From Thermoanaerobaculia bacterium (GTDB lineage Bacteria; Acidobacteriota; Thermoanaerobaculia; UBA5066), in assembly GCA_963816185.1 (NCBI GenBank), contig CAWFJJ010000030.1, positions 384,001-448,000 of the forward strand: a stretch of 64,000 nucleotides of DNA, written 5' to 3'. A model generated the notes under the pieces. It was not told where the DNA came from. It searched no databases and worked only from the letters and a program-made list of their open reading frames with translations. The position numbers were made by a program, and so were the translations under genes. Shown in pieces: positions 63,928-64,000 of this stretch. The first letter of the stretch is position 1; the number at the start of each line of letters is the position of its first letter.

Positions 63928-64000
63928 CTAGAGTCCGACGACGAGCCGGTCGCCGAGCACCGCGGGCAGCCCCGCGCGTTGGATCTTCCGGCGCGTGGCG
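63928..64000 (-). CDS. 3' end of a probable metallophosphoesterase-family gene
   Basis: Translates as ATRRKIQRAGLPAVLGDRLVVGL*, resembling the KI..AGLP..L..RL..G tail of this family; only 23 codons are visible. Confidence 0.55.
   Translation of the reverse strand, partial: ATRRKIQRAGLPAVLGDRLVVGL

Noticed and set aside
1-64000. tRNA, rRNA, integrase, prophage or defence genes
   Set aside because: None recognised; the intergenic spaces are short and accounted for.

Overview
A roughly 70% GC bacterial chromosomal window with about 50 tightly packed genes. The taxonomy is most likely Acidobacteriota (Thermoanaerobaculia-like); this is inferred from GC content and the Oar-type TonB receptor, not established. 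Housekeeping and envelope genes (uvrA, mutY, maeB, proS, aminotransferase, hbd, gdh, glycosyltransferases, ECF sigma/anti-sigma) surround two accessory modules. Two signals stand out. (1) An 18 kb block (13.8-31.7 kb) has a sigma54 -24/-12 promoter (GG-N10-GC) before almost every transcription unit, twice as back-to-back divergent pairs. It encodes Ku, a ferritin-like protein, SOD, duplicated lmo0937-type peptides, a DEGS1-like desaturase and a cyclic beta-1,2-glucan synthase with a fused receiver domain. It also carries a CHASE3 kinase, a lone receiver, a kinase-like putative phosphotransferase and an NtrC-type activator, so it looks like a self-contained sigma54 stress regulon. (2) An AT-rich ~20 bp motif (consensus GATTTTCTT[A/C]GAAGGTGAAT) occurs at 13 loci as inward-facing inverted pairs 64-179 bp apart. 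Most copies lie inside coding sequences, in several reading frames, and often bracket genuine conserved protein sequence. A TonB receptor-FabG-atypical FabH-acyl-CoA ligase-hydrolase-TetR lipid cluster is also present. Several genes carry single-base frameshifts that look like long-read assembly errors.
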